From Planctomycetota bacterium (lineage in GTDB: Bacteria > Planctomycetota > B15-G4), in assembly GCA_038212275.1 (NCBI GenBank), contig JBBQUR010000035.1, positions 1-15,417 of the forward strand: a DNA stretch of 15,417 bases, written 5' to 3'. The notes under the pieces were generated by a model, which was not told the origin of the DNA, did no database searches, and worked only from the letters and a program-made list of their open reading frames with translations. Positions 1 to 6,975 of the stretch are shown one piece after another. The position numbers and the translations under genes were made by a program. The first letter of the stretch is position 1. Every line of letters begins with the position of its first letter.

Positions 1-513
1 ATGGGTCAACTGCACCAGGCGCTTCAAATGTCCTTCGGTTGGAGGGACGCCCATGCACATGAGTTCAACGTGCACGGCGACCGCCTGGGCGCTCCCGTGG
101 CCAGCGAGCCTGACGACGAGGACATGTGGGACGAGAACAACGTGCTCGTCGCGAACTTCCTTTCACGTGAGGGCGACGAGTTCCAGTACGACTATGACCC
201 CGGGGACGAATGGATCGTCAACGGCAAGGTCGAGTGCATCGAGTGCGATCCGCTTGCTCAACGCGCCACTCCGTCACCTGTGCCGCGCGCCGAAGTGATC
301 ACGTGCCTCGATGGCGCCCGCGCTGGGCCTCCGGAGGATTGCGGCGGACCGCCCGGATACCGCCGGCTTCTGCGAGAGATTTCTAACGCAACTCACGCGC
401 AGCACCAGGAGGCGATCGATTGGGCCACTGACGACTTCGCGCCGGAGCGATTCTCAGTGGACGAGCTAAATCGCCAGCTCGCCGCGATGTCGGTTCGCAC
501 CACACAGATTTAG
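1..513 (+). CDS. Plasmid pRiA4b ORF-3 family protein (IS1096 passenger TnpR-like), 5'-truncated by the window edge
   Basis: Motifs LHQALQMSFGWRDAHAHEF, FQYDYDPGDEW and CLDGARAGPPEDCGGPPGY match the family pattern. The usual N-terminal strand before 'LH..IQ..FGW' is missing, so the true start probably lies upstream. Confidence 0.85.
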   Translation: MGQLHQALQMSFGWRDAHAHEFNVHGDRLGAPVASEPDDEDMWDENNVLVANFLSREGDEFQYDYDPGDEWIVNGKVECIECDPLAQRATPSPVPRAEVITCLDGARAGPPEDCGGPPGYRRLLREISNATHAQHQEAIDWATDDFAPERFSVDELNRQLAAMSVRTTQI

Positions 514-734
514 CCCATGACGCTGCGCCCACGGTGCTGCCGTGTCATCGATTTAGCCGTTTTGTGTCATTCTGTGTTTCTTGCTAACTGCATGCCCATT
601 TCCTCCAGACGCTGAGTGAGGCCACCCGGGGGCCGGGCCGGGGCGGGTGAATTGCGTCCAAAGTTGCGCTTTTGACTCCCGTTTCTCGCGAGATCGCCCC
701 CGGAGGAAGCTTTGACGCACCCCCCGCTCCCCGA

Positions 735-763
735 TTGAACCGCCCTTCCGGCTACGCTAGCGT
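735..763 (+). promoter_or_regulatory. Candidate sigma70-type promoter for the ParB-MTase/terS-like pair, with a palindrome over the -10
   Basis: TTGAAC (735-740), 17-bp spacer, TAGCGT (758-763). The perfect palindrome ACGCTAGCGT (754-763) overlaps the -10 box. Confidence 0.4.
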
Positions 764-780
764 GGTCCCCGTTCCTCACG

Positions 781-831
781 CGAAGTCCACGAACGGCCGG
801 TTTCCGGCCCGAAGTCCACGCCGAGTCCACG
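781..831. repeat. Three AGTCCACG direct repeats flanking a small hairpin
   Basis: CGAAGTCCACG at 781-791 and 810-820, AGTCCACG at 824-831. GGCCGG-TTT-CCGGCC inverted repeat at 795-809 lies between copies 1 and 2. Confidence 0.7.
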
Positions 832-877
832 CTCCCCTTCTGCCGCCGGGCACTGCCCGCCGGCCTTGGAGTCGGCC

Positions 878-2341
878 ATGGATAGTCCTTCGTCTTCCCA
901 TCCAAATGTTTCGACCAGTTTGCATCCCACTGCGCCGCTGCGGGTCCGACGCGTTTCACTGGCGCAGCTGCACCATGACCCGGCCAATGCCCGGCTCCAT
1001 GGATCGGTCAACCTCGATGCGATCTCCGCGAGCCTGAAACGGTTCGGCCAGGCCGAGCCCCTCATCGTGCAGGCCGGCACCGGGATGGTCATCGCCGGCA
1101 ACGGCCGGATGGATGCGATGAAGGCTCTCGGCTGGACCGAGTGTGACGTCGTCGAGCTGGACGTCACGGGGCTCGACGCGACCGCGCTGGGCATTGCCCT
1201 CAACCGCACGGCCGAGCTCGCCGAGTGGGACAATCCCGCCCTGACGCGCCTGCTCGAGACGCTGCGTGCCGAGGACAGCCTGGACGGCGTCGGGTACTCC
1301 TCCGGCGACATCGACAACCTGCTCGACGAGCTGCAGGCGTCGCTCGGTGACGGCAGCAACGGCGACCTCGACGTCGTGCCGGAACCGCCCGAGAACCCGG
1401 TAACGCGCCCGGGGGACCTCTGGCTGCTCGGCAACCACCGCCTGCTCTGCGGCGACAGCAGCTCCCCTGCCGATCTCGACCGGCTGCTGGCAGGCGCGCC
1501 TGTTCACTTGGTGAACACCGACCCGCCCTACAACGTGAAGGTCGAGCCGCGCAGCAACAACGCCATCGCCGCGGGCAATTCCAGCTTCACGAAGACGCCC
1601 CAAACCCACCACCAGAAGCTGGACCTCGCGCGGCACCCCGAGAAGGCCAGGCCGACAGGGCGCATGCGCGCGAAGGACCGCCCGCTCGCCAACGATTTCG
1701 TGAGCGACGAGGCCTTCGAGAAGCTGCTCGCGGCGTGGTTTGGGAACATCGCGCGCGTGCTGCTGCCGGGCCGCGCCTGCTACACGTGGGGCGGCTACAG
1801 CAACTGCGGCAACTACCCGCCCGCCTTGAAGGCGGCCGGCCTGTACTTCAGCCAGGCCATCATCTGGGTGAAGGGGCACCCAGTCCTGACCCGCAAGGAC
1901 TACATGGGAGACCACGAGTGGTGTTTTTACTCGTGGAGAGAAGGCGCGGCGCACCAGTACTTCGGGCCGAACAACGCGACGGACGTGTGGGCCGTGAAGA
2001 AGGTCAACCCGCAGTCCATGGTGCACCTCACGGAAAAGCCCGTGGAGCTGGCCTCACGCGCGATCCTCTACTCGTCGCGGCGTGGTGAGAACGTCCTCGA
2101 CCTGTTCGGGGGCAGCGGGTCCACGCTCATGGCCTGCGAGGACACGCAGCGCCACGCCCACCTCATGGAGCTGGACCTGCCCTACTCCGATGTCATCGTC
2201 ACGCGCTGGCAGAATGCCACCGGACGCAAGGCCGTGCTCGAAGCCACCGGCCAGCCCTTCGATGAGGTCGCCCGCGAGCGCGCCGCGAGCGCCGAGTCCA
2301 CGACGCCGCCCCCGCCTGACACCGCGTCGCCGCCGGAGTAA
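878..2341 (+). CDS. ParB/Srx N-terminal domain fused to an N6-adenine/N4-cytosine DNA methyltransferase (beta class, orphan), about 487 aa
   Basis: ParB-like N-terminus (DPANARLH...ISASLKRFGQAEPLIV...VIAGNGRMDAMKALG), then the phage-MTase linker GDLWLLGNHRLLCGDS. Motif IV TDPPY precedes HLTEKPVEL and motif I VLDLFGGSGSTL. ATG 878 was chosen because GGAG lies at 868-871. Confidence 0.93.
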   Translation: MDSPSSSHPNVSTSLHPTAPLRVRRVSLAQLHHDPANARLHGSVNLDAISASLKRFGQAEPLIVQAGTGMVIAGNGRMDAMKALGWTECDVVELDVTGLDATALGIALNRTAELAEWDNPALTRLLETLRAEDSLDGVGYSSGDIDNLLDELQASLGDGSNGDLDVVPEPPENPVTRPGDLWLLGNHRLLCGDSSSPADLDRLLAGAPVHLVNTDPPYNVKVEPRSNNAIAAGNSSFTKTPQTHHQKLDLARHPEKARPTGRMRAKDRPLANDFVSDEAFEKLLAAWFGNIARVLLPGRACYTWGGYSNCGNYPPALKAAGLYFSQAIIWVKGHPVLTRKDYMGDHEWCFYSWREGAAHQYFGPNNATDVWAVKKVNPQSMVHLTEKPVELASRAILYSSRRGENVLDLFGGSGSTLMACEDTQRHAHLMELDLPYSDVIVTRWQNATGRKAVLEATGQPFDEVARERAASAESTTPPPPDTASPPE

Positions 2342-2347
2342 CGGCCC

Positions 2348-2857
2348 GTGAACCGCCTCCCGCCCGACGCCTACCAGTACTTCGCCAGCCTCGATCCCAA
2401 GCGCCGCAGCTACGAGACCGTGGCCAACCACTTCGGCGTGTCCAAACGCACGGTCTGCACGCGGGCGGGCCGCGAACAATGGCGCGCCCGCATCGCCAAG
2501 ATCGAGGCGCAGGCCCGCGATCAGTTCGACGAGAAGCAGGCTGAGTCACTCCAGGCGATCAACGCCCGGCATGTGAAGACGGCGCGGTTCATCCTGGCCA
2601 AGGGTATTGAGGCGCTGCGGTCAATGCCGCTGCTGTCCGCGATGTCGGCGGTCAGGGCGATCGAGATCGCCATCAAGGTCGAGCGACTCGTGGTGACAGA
2701 CCCCGGCTCAAACGCCTCCGAAGATGCGGCGGCGAAGCGGCGCACGAAGGCGCACGAGCTGGCGGAAGAGATGCGGCTGGCGATCGCGGGCTGGCATGCC
2801 TTGGTGCCGAGCGCGCCGCCGGACGACGCCCCGGAGGCGCACGACGCCGACGCCTGA
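2348..2857 (+). CDS. HTH + helical protein resembling a phage terminase small subunit, 169 aa
   Basis: N-terminal HTH (RSYETVANHFGVSKRTVCTRAGREQW) followed by long amphipathic helices. It starts 6 bp after the ParB-MTase, the usual position of terS in prophages. GTG start. The function is inferred. Confidence 0.55.
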   Translation: MNRLPPDAYQYFASLDPKRRSYETVANHFGVSKRTVCTRAGREQWRARIAKIEAQARDQFDEKQAESLQAINARHVKTARFILAKGIEALRSMPLLSAMSAVRAIEIAIKVERLVVTDPGSNASEDAAAKRRTKAHELAEEMRLAIAGWHALVPSAPPDDAPEAHDADA

Positions 2858-3110
2858 TCGGGCCCGCGACGGAGCGTGCCACGCCGGCGCGATCTAGGCG
2901 CAATCCGAACATGTCCTCCCTACTCAACGACCGCCCCGAGATCGGTGGCGGAGCCTGGCGAGAAGAGGCCGGGACGCGAGCCGCTGCGCGTTAAGTTCAC
3001 GAGGAACCCGCTGAGCTAAGCGACCGGATGCTCGGCAAGCGTGGCTCGGCTTCCCACCGTGAGTCGAAGCACTGACCCGCGCGCGCTCGGCGATACCAGC
3101 GCCGCGCTGC

Positions 3111-3728
3111 TCACGGTCGATGCACTCTTGTCTGGCGCAGGAGGCGCACCACGGCCTTCCCGGGCTCGCTGAGCGCCCACACATCGTGCCCGGCCTTGGT
3201 ACTCGCATCACCGAGGCTCTCGCGAGCCAGCACTTCCAGAAGCGCGTTCAGCGAGACGTAGGCACCAAAGGAATGCAATGCGAGGTGTGAGCGCTGTAGC
3301 AGCGCGCGAATGGCTGGTTCCCTGAGATCGTGCAGCCCGCTGGACATCTCATCGCCGAGGGCCAGCAGGTAGTCAGCCGCAGGCGCAGATTTTCCGCCAA
3401 TCGAGACCGCTTCGGACTGGAGCGTGGCGACGGCAGCGTGGATGTCTATGCCGTCAATAACGTGCAGGCTGCGTAACCGCAGCCAGGTTGGAAGGCGTGC
3501 GTCGAGGGCCCGTAGCCACGAGTCGGGTATCGCGGGCAGGGCGAGTGCCGCCGCTACGAGCATTCCAAGCACCGAGGCCACGCCAAGGATGTTGTTGATC
3601 GTCAGCATCTCGGGCGCCTTCCCAGTCGCTTCCTTGGCGCCAAGGAGTGCCGCGTAGCCACAGATCGCGGATACGACGAGGAGGAAAAGCGCAATGACCC
3701 GATGCCCAGCTGGAAGGGGAGTTCCCAT
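3111..3728 (-). CDS. Hypothetical membrane protein (2 N-terminal TM helices + soluble C-terminal domain), about 205 aa
   Basis: This is the 3' part of ORF 3111..4082; the upstream part is antisense to the integrase and unlikely to be coding. Hydrophobic segments VIALFLLVVSAICGYAALLG and ILGVASVLGMLVAAALALPAI. The C-terminus WALSEPGKAVVRLL resembles a winged-helix tail. Confidence 0.65.
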   Translation of the reverse strand: MGTPLPAGHRVIALFLLVVSAICGYAALLGAKEATGKAPEMLTINNILGVASVLGMLVAAALALPAIPDSWLRALDARLPTWLRLRSLHVIDGIDIHAAVATLQSEAVSIGGKSAPAADYLLALGDEMSSGLHDLREPAIRALLQRSHLALHSFGAYVSLNALLEVLARESLGDASTKAGHDVWALSEPGKAVVRLLRQTRVHRP

Positions 3729-3861
3729 TCGCGCAGCCTGCCCGCTCGACCACCCCGCTGGCAAACCGGCTCCGGAGTCCGCGCCGCGGCGGTGATCGGC
3801 GCCCTCGTCCAAAAGATGCCACGCACGGGCGATCCCAGCGCGACTCCGCGCCGTTTGAGGG

Positions 3862-3890
3862 CCTTCCCCTCTGCAGCCTTCCCTTCTCCT
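3862..3890. repeat. Pyrimidine-rich CCTTCCC repeat tract upstream of the tyrosine recombinase
   Basis: CCTTCCCCTCTGCAGCCTTCCCTTCTCCT. CTTCCCTTCT (3878-3887) is the exact reverse complement of AGAAGGGAAG (13364-13373). Confidence 0.5.
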
Positions 3891-3926
3891 AGCAAATGAG
3901 CCCTGATCCTGGCCGGAGGTCCCAGG

Positions 3927-4802
3927 ATGCAGGTGCGGCAGGCACTCGAACGATTCCTGATCCAGCTTCAGGCCGACGGCCGCGGCGGCTCGATCTGCGC
4001 GCAGTACCAGCGGCACGTGCGCTGCTTCGACGCCTGGCTCGCGCGGAACCGCTACAAGCGCGACGTCGCCGGGCTTTCCCACGAGCGCGTTGCGGAGTTT
4101 CTCGCGTCACCGGCGGCGCGGGTGCGGCCCGACGGACAGCCGAAACTGGCGACCAGCGTGAACGTCCTGCGCGGCTCGCTGAAGAACTTCTTTCGCTACT
4201 GCCACCTCGCGGGCCTGACCGACAGCGACGTGGGGCGCCTCATCCGCCGTGCGCACTGCAGCACGGCACCGCCACGCTGGCTGTCACCCGACGAGTGCAC
4301 GCAGTTGCTGCGCACGCTCAAGGCCGAGAGGGGCGCTATCGCCCGGCGAGACGCGATGTTCGTGCAGCTGCTGCTCGGGACGGGCGTGCGCCTCGGGACG
4401 GCCCTGGCGCTCACCGACGCGGACGTGGACCTCCCCCGCCGCCTGCTCGCACTCCGCGAGATGAAAGGCGACCGCCCGGACCTGCTGGTCATCAGCGCCG
4501 GAATCGCCAAGGCCCTGAGGGCGTACCTGCGCGGCCGGTCGCCCGGCGCACTCTTCGACAACGGCGCGGGTCGGCCGCTCGGGCGGCGGCAGGCTGCGAC
4601 ACGGCTGGCCCTATGGGGCGAGCGCGCCGAGTTACCGCAGCGGCTGACCGCGCATTCGCTGCGGCACACCTTCGCGAGGCGGCTGTACGAGCGCACCGGC
4701 GACGTCTTGGTCGTGAAGGAGTTGCTCCGGCACAAATCCGTGGCGTCCACCCTCATCTATGCCAGCGTGGACGGCCGCGACCTGCGGCGGGCGCTGGGGT
4801 AG
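3927..4802 (+). CDS. Tyrosine recombinase/integrase, XerC/XerD-like, 291 aa
   Basis: Catalytic set intact: R in GTGVRLG, K in EMKGD, HSLRH, LLRHKS and terminal IY. A SAM-like core-binding N-terminal domain is present. GGAGG RBS at 3915-3919. Confidence 0.95.
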   Translation: MQVRQALERFLIQLQADGRGGSICAQYQRHVRCFDAWLARNRYKRDVAGLSHERVAEFLASPAARVRPDGQPKLATSVNVLRGSLKNFFRYCHLAGLTDSDVGRLIRRAHCSTAPPRWLSPDECTQLLRTLKAERGAIARRDAMFVQLLLGTGVRLGTALALTDADVDLPRRLLALREMKGDRPDLLVISAGIAKALRAYLRGRSPGALFDNGAGRPLGRRQAATRLALWGERAELPQRLTAHSLRHTFARRLYERTGDVLVVKELLRHKSVASTLIYASVDGRDLRRALG

Positions 4803-4803
4803 G

Positions 4804-4819
4804 CCGCTGTGCGCAGCGG
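4804..4819 (+). terminator. Hairpin immediately after the integrase stop (possible weak terminator or pause site)
   Basis: CCGCTG-TGCG-CAGCGG, a 6-bp stem with no U-tract. Confidence 0.25.
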
Positions 4820-5102
4820 TGAAGGAGTTGGCCGCGACCGTGGGTCGTTCCGCGCGCCCCCTCGGCCGGTTTGTAGCGCTCACCGGTGAACTCGCCGACC
4901 GCGCCAGCCCCGAGTTTCCGCTCCTCCTCACTCGGCACATGGTCCCGCGTGGGCTTCTGCGGGCGGTAGCTCGTCCTTCGTCGCAACGAACGATCGCCCG
5001 GAGAATGCGGTCGAGGGGGCTGACAGCACAACCATCCCCTCGCCGCTTGCTTCGATCACCTCGTGTTTCGATCCTACGCACAGCGACACGTCCCCTGCGA
5101 GG

Positions 5103-5792
5103 ATGCCGACGATGCGGAACCCGAAGGCCAATAGCCGCGCGCGCCCGGCCACGGCAGGCGTCACGTCGGACGCTCATCCTGTGAATTTGGATCGAGCTGG
5201 CCGCACGCTTCGGGATCGCCAGCAAGTCCTCCGACTCTGCAAGCAATCGCCGCTCCGAGCTCTGTCGGTCGAACTCGACGCACATCTGCGCGCCCATGAC
5301 CGGGAGCCAGAGCCGCGCGGAGGCAAGCGCGGTGGCGGCCATTGGCTCGCACAATCTGCGGACCGAGCGGCCGCATTCGTCCATCACCTGAGACTGAACG
5401 ACGGCGAGAGCCTTTCAGCGTTGCCAGACATGAACATACGCAAGCATCCACGTCGTGCGTTCGTAAGCCTGCAGATGTGGTGCGAACTGGAAGAACACAA
5501 CATGATGGGCGAAGTGGATCACCTTGGTGCACGACCCGGCACGCTTGCTGCGCTCCGTGAGCTAATGGATGTGCTCACGATCAACGAGCCATTGCCGGTC
5601 GTCCGAAAGGCCGCCCACGTACGGCGAGACTGGGACGAGATCGCCGCCATCGGTAAGAACTGGAAGGAGAACGGACGTCGAGGCCTGCCAGCGTTCGCTG
5701 CCGATCACGGATTCACGATCGACGAAGCGAGACGGATCATCGATCGATTCCGCAAGGGCCCTCCCAAGAGTTGGAATCCTGGCAAGCGCTAA
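5103..5792 (+). CDS. Hypothetical protein with probable C-terminal HTH (candidate element regulator), up to 229 aa
   Basis: Best ORF between the integrase and the control region. The C-terminal LPAFAADHGFTIDEARRIIDRFRKG is HTH-like. The start codon is uncertain. Confidence 0.55.
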   Translation: MPTMRNPKANSRARPATAGVTSDAHPVNLDRAGRTLRDRQQVLRLCKQSPLRALSVELDAHLRAHDREPEPRGGKRGGGHWLAQSADRAAAFVHHLRLNDGESLSALPDMNIRKHPRRAFVSLQMWCELEEHNMMGEVDHLGARPGTLAALRELMDVLTINEPLPVVRKAAHVRRDWDEIAAIGKNWKENGRRGLPAFAADHGFTIDEARRIIDRFRKGPPKSWNPGKR

Positions 5793-5798
5793 CTGCAC

Positions 5799-5961
5799 GT
5801 TCCGATTCCGACGCGGACTCGCGAGTTCTCGCTAATTCCCGCAGGTCCGCAGCAGTCCCCGGTAGTCCATTCCAAGATGGAATGGACGTCGGAAGGGATT
5901 TCCGGATTCCATTCCGAGATCGCCCTTAGAAATCGCGCCGGTGCGGAGAACGGTTCTCCGC
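5799..5961. promoter_or_regulatory. Control region with helically phased repeats and perfect palindromes upstream of the xis-rep operon
   Basis: GTCC recurs at 5845, 5855 and 5865 (10-bp period, degenerate copies at 5825 and 5835). Perfect IR GTCCATTCCA-AGA-TGGAATGGAC (5865-5887), perfect IR GCGGAGAAC-G-GTTCTCCGC (5943-5961), palindrome ACTCGCGAGT (5817-5826), and many ATTCC/TTCCG copies. Confidence 0.7.
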
Positions 5962-5989
5962 TGCTCAGCCGACCCCTGAGGGCGCGTAC

Positions 5990-6133
5990 ATGGCCTCCAA
6001 TTCTCGCGGAGCGCAAGCTCCACCTGCTTTGCTCACCACGCTTGAAGTGGCAACCATTCTGGGCTGCCTCCGACGTCACGAGCGTCGCCTCGCCTCAACG
6101 ACTCCAGCACAGGCTGGCAAGGGCGCTTCATGA
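5990..6133 (+). CDS. Short Xis/AlpA (HTH_17)-like protein, 47 aa, apparently lacking the wing (possibly degenerate); not in the ORF track
   Basis: Translated by hand: MASNSRGAQAPPALLTTLEVATILGCLRRHERRLASTTPAQAGKGAS*. LLTTLEVATILGC.RRH.RRL fits the excisionase-type HTH start. GAGGG RBS at 5978-5982. The stop overlaps the rep ATG (ATGA 6130-6133). Confidence 0.6.
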   Translation: MASNSRGAQAPPALLTTLEVATILGCLRRHERRLASTTPAQAGKGAS

Positions 6134-6975
6134 GGATGAGAACCATCAAGCCGGACTTCTTCGCCAACGAATACCTTGCCGAGCTTTCACCGCTGACGCG
6201 CCTGCTCTTCGCCGGGCTGTGGTGCTACGTCGACCGTGAAGGCCGCGCTGAGTTGCGTCCCAAGCGCATCAAGGGCGCGATCTTCCCATACGACGAATGT
6301 GACGTCGCGACGATGCTGAGCGAGCTCGAATCGCGCGGCTTCATTAGAAAGTACAGCGTTGGTCACGTGGATTACCTCGTGATCCCGAAGTTCCTCGAGC
6401 ACCAACGGCCTCACTCCAAGGAGGCTGACAGCACCATCCCGAGTCCGCCCCGGCACCCACTTGGGTTGGTGCCGGCACCGACCCTGGTAGGTGCTTGCAC
6501 TGACCTAGGCAGTGGCGAGCACGCTCAGTCGTTGGGGGCTGGGGAGTTGGATCTTGGTAATGGGATCTTGAATGCAGGTTCGGTGCCGGTCGGCCCCGGC
6601 GTGTCGAAGCAAGAAAGGGTCACGCGCAAAGCTGCGACCGGCGCTCACGCAGAACTGCTCGCCTGGTTCGTCGCCCGCTATGCCGAGACGCAGCGATCGC
6701 CGTATCACGTCACCGGAAAGGATGGGACCCTCCTAGCTCGACTTCTAAAGATCTTCTCCGCCGACGAACTCCGAGTCCGAGCAGAACGGCTCCTGACGAC
6801 GGACGACACCTGGATCGGAACCACGGACCGAGGAATCGGCGTGCTGGCCTCGCAGATCAACAAGCCTGTCCTGCGCGGCATTAAGCCGCCCTCCGTGAAA
6901 CGCGACATCCGGGTCGGCCAAGCCTCGCCGTCGCCGGCATCCGCATTCATCGAAACGCGGGAGGTGCAGCTATGA
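6130..6975 (+). CDS. Phage-type replication initiator (replisome organizer, lambda O analogue), 281 aa
   Basis: The N-terminus RMRTIKPDFFANEYL...RLLFAGLWCYVDREGR...IKGAIFPYD...LSELESRGFIRKY...IPKFLEHQRP is the typical phage initiator winged-helix domain. It has an iteron-containing linker and is coupled to a DnaC-like gene. Confidence 0.85.
   Translation: MRMRTIKPDFFANEYLAELSPLTRLLFAGLWCYVDREGRAELRPKRIKGAIFPYDECDVATMLSELESRGFIRKYSVGHVDYLVIPKFLEHQRPHSKEADSTIPSPPRHPLGLVPAPTLVGACTDLGSGEHAQSLGAGELDLGNGILNAGSVPVGPGVSKQERVTRKAATGAHAELLAWFVARYAETQRSPYHVTGKDGTLLARLLKIFSADELRVRAERLLTTDDTWIGTTDRGIGVLASQINKPVLRGIKPPSVKRDIRVGQASPSPASAFIETREVQL
6431..6575. other. Putative replication origin inside the initiator gene: 22-bp iterons plus an adjacent G/T-rich unwinding-like tract
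   Basis: GCAC recurs at 6431, 6453, 6475, 6497 and 6519 (exact 22-bp period). Central units are hyphenated palindromes, e.g. GCACC-G-ACC-CT-GGT-A-GGTGC at 6475-6494. GGATCTTG follows twice (6549-6556, 6563-6570). Confidence 0.75.

Noticed and set aside
956..2026. Long antisense/alternate-frame ORFs (e.g. 956-2026, 3896-4822, 9612-10562, 10288-11361, 10517-11716, 14988-15407)
   Set aside because: These are shadow ORFs expected from high-GC codon bias, opposite or overlapping well-supported genes, with no recognisable motifs.
878..2857. Type II restriction-modification system
   Set aside because: The downstream ORF is HTH/helical with no PD-(D/E)xK, HNH or GIY-YIG motif, and the MTase is of the ParB-fused phage type.
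3729..4082. N-terminal extension of the 323-aa minus-strand ORF
   Set aside because: It is antisense to the integrase and its upstream region. Protein-like sequence only starts at Met 3728.
2922..4802. Integron (IntI + attC + cassette)
   Set aside because: The recombinase lacks the IntI-specific insertion before the HxLRH box, and the attC-like segment lacks paired L boxes. No cassette array is present.
3927..4802. Chromosomal xerC/xerD gene symbol
   Set aside because: The context is mobile and the motifs diverge (LLRHKS, GTALAL), so orthology cannot be established. No dif-like site was recognised.
6431..6540. CRISPR array or protein-level tandem repeat
   Set aside because: The units are contiguous 22-mers with no unique spacers and no cas genes, and the period is not a multiple of 3.
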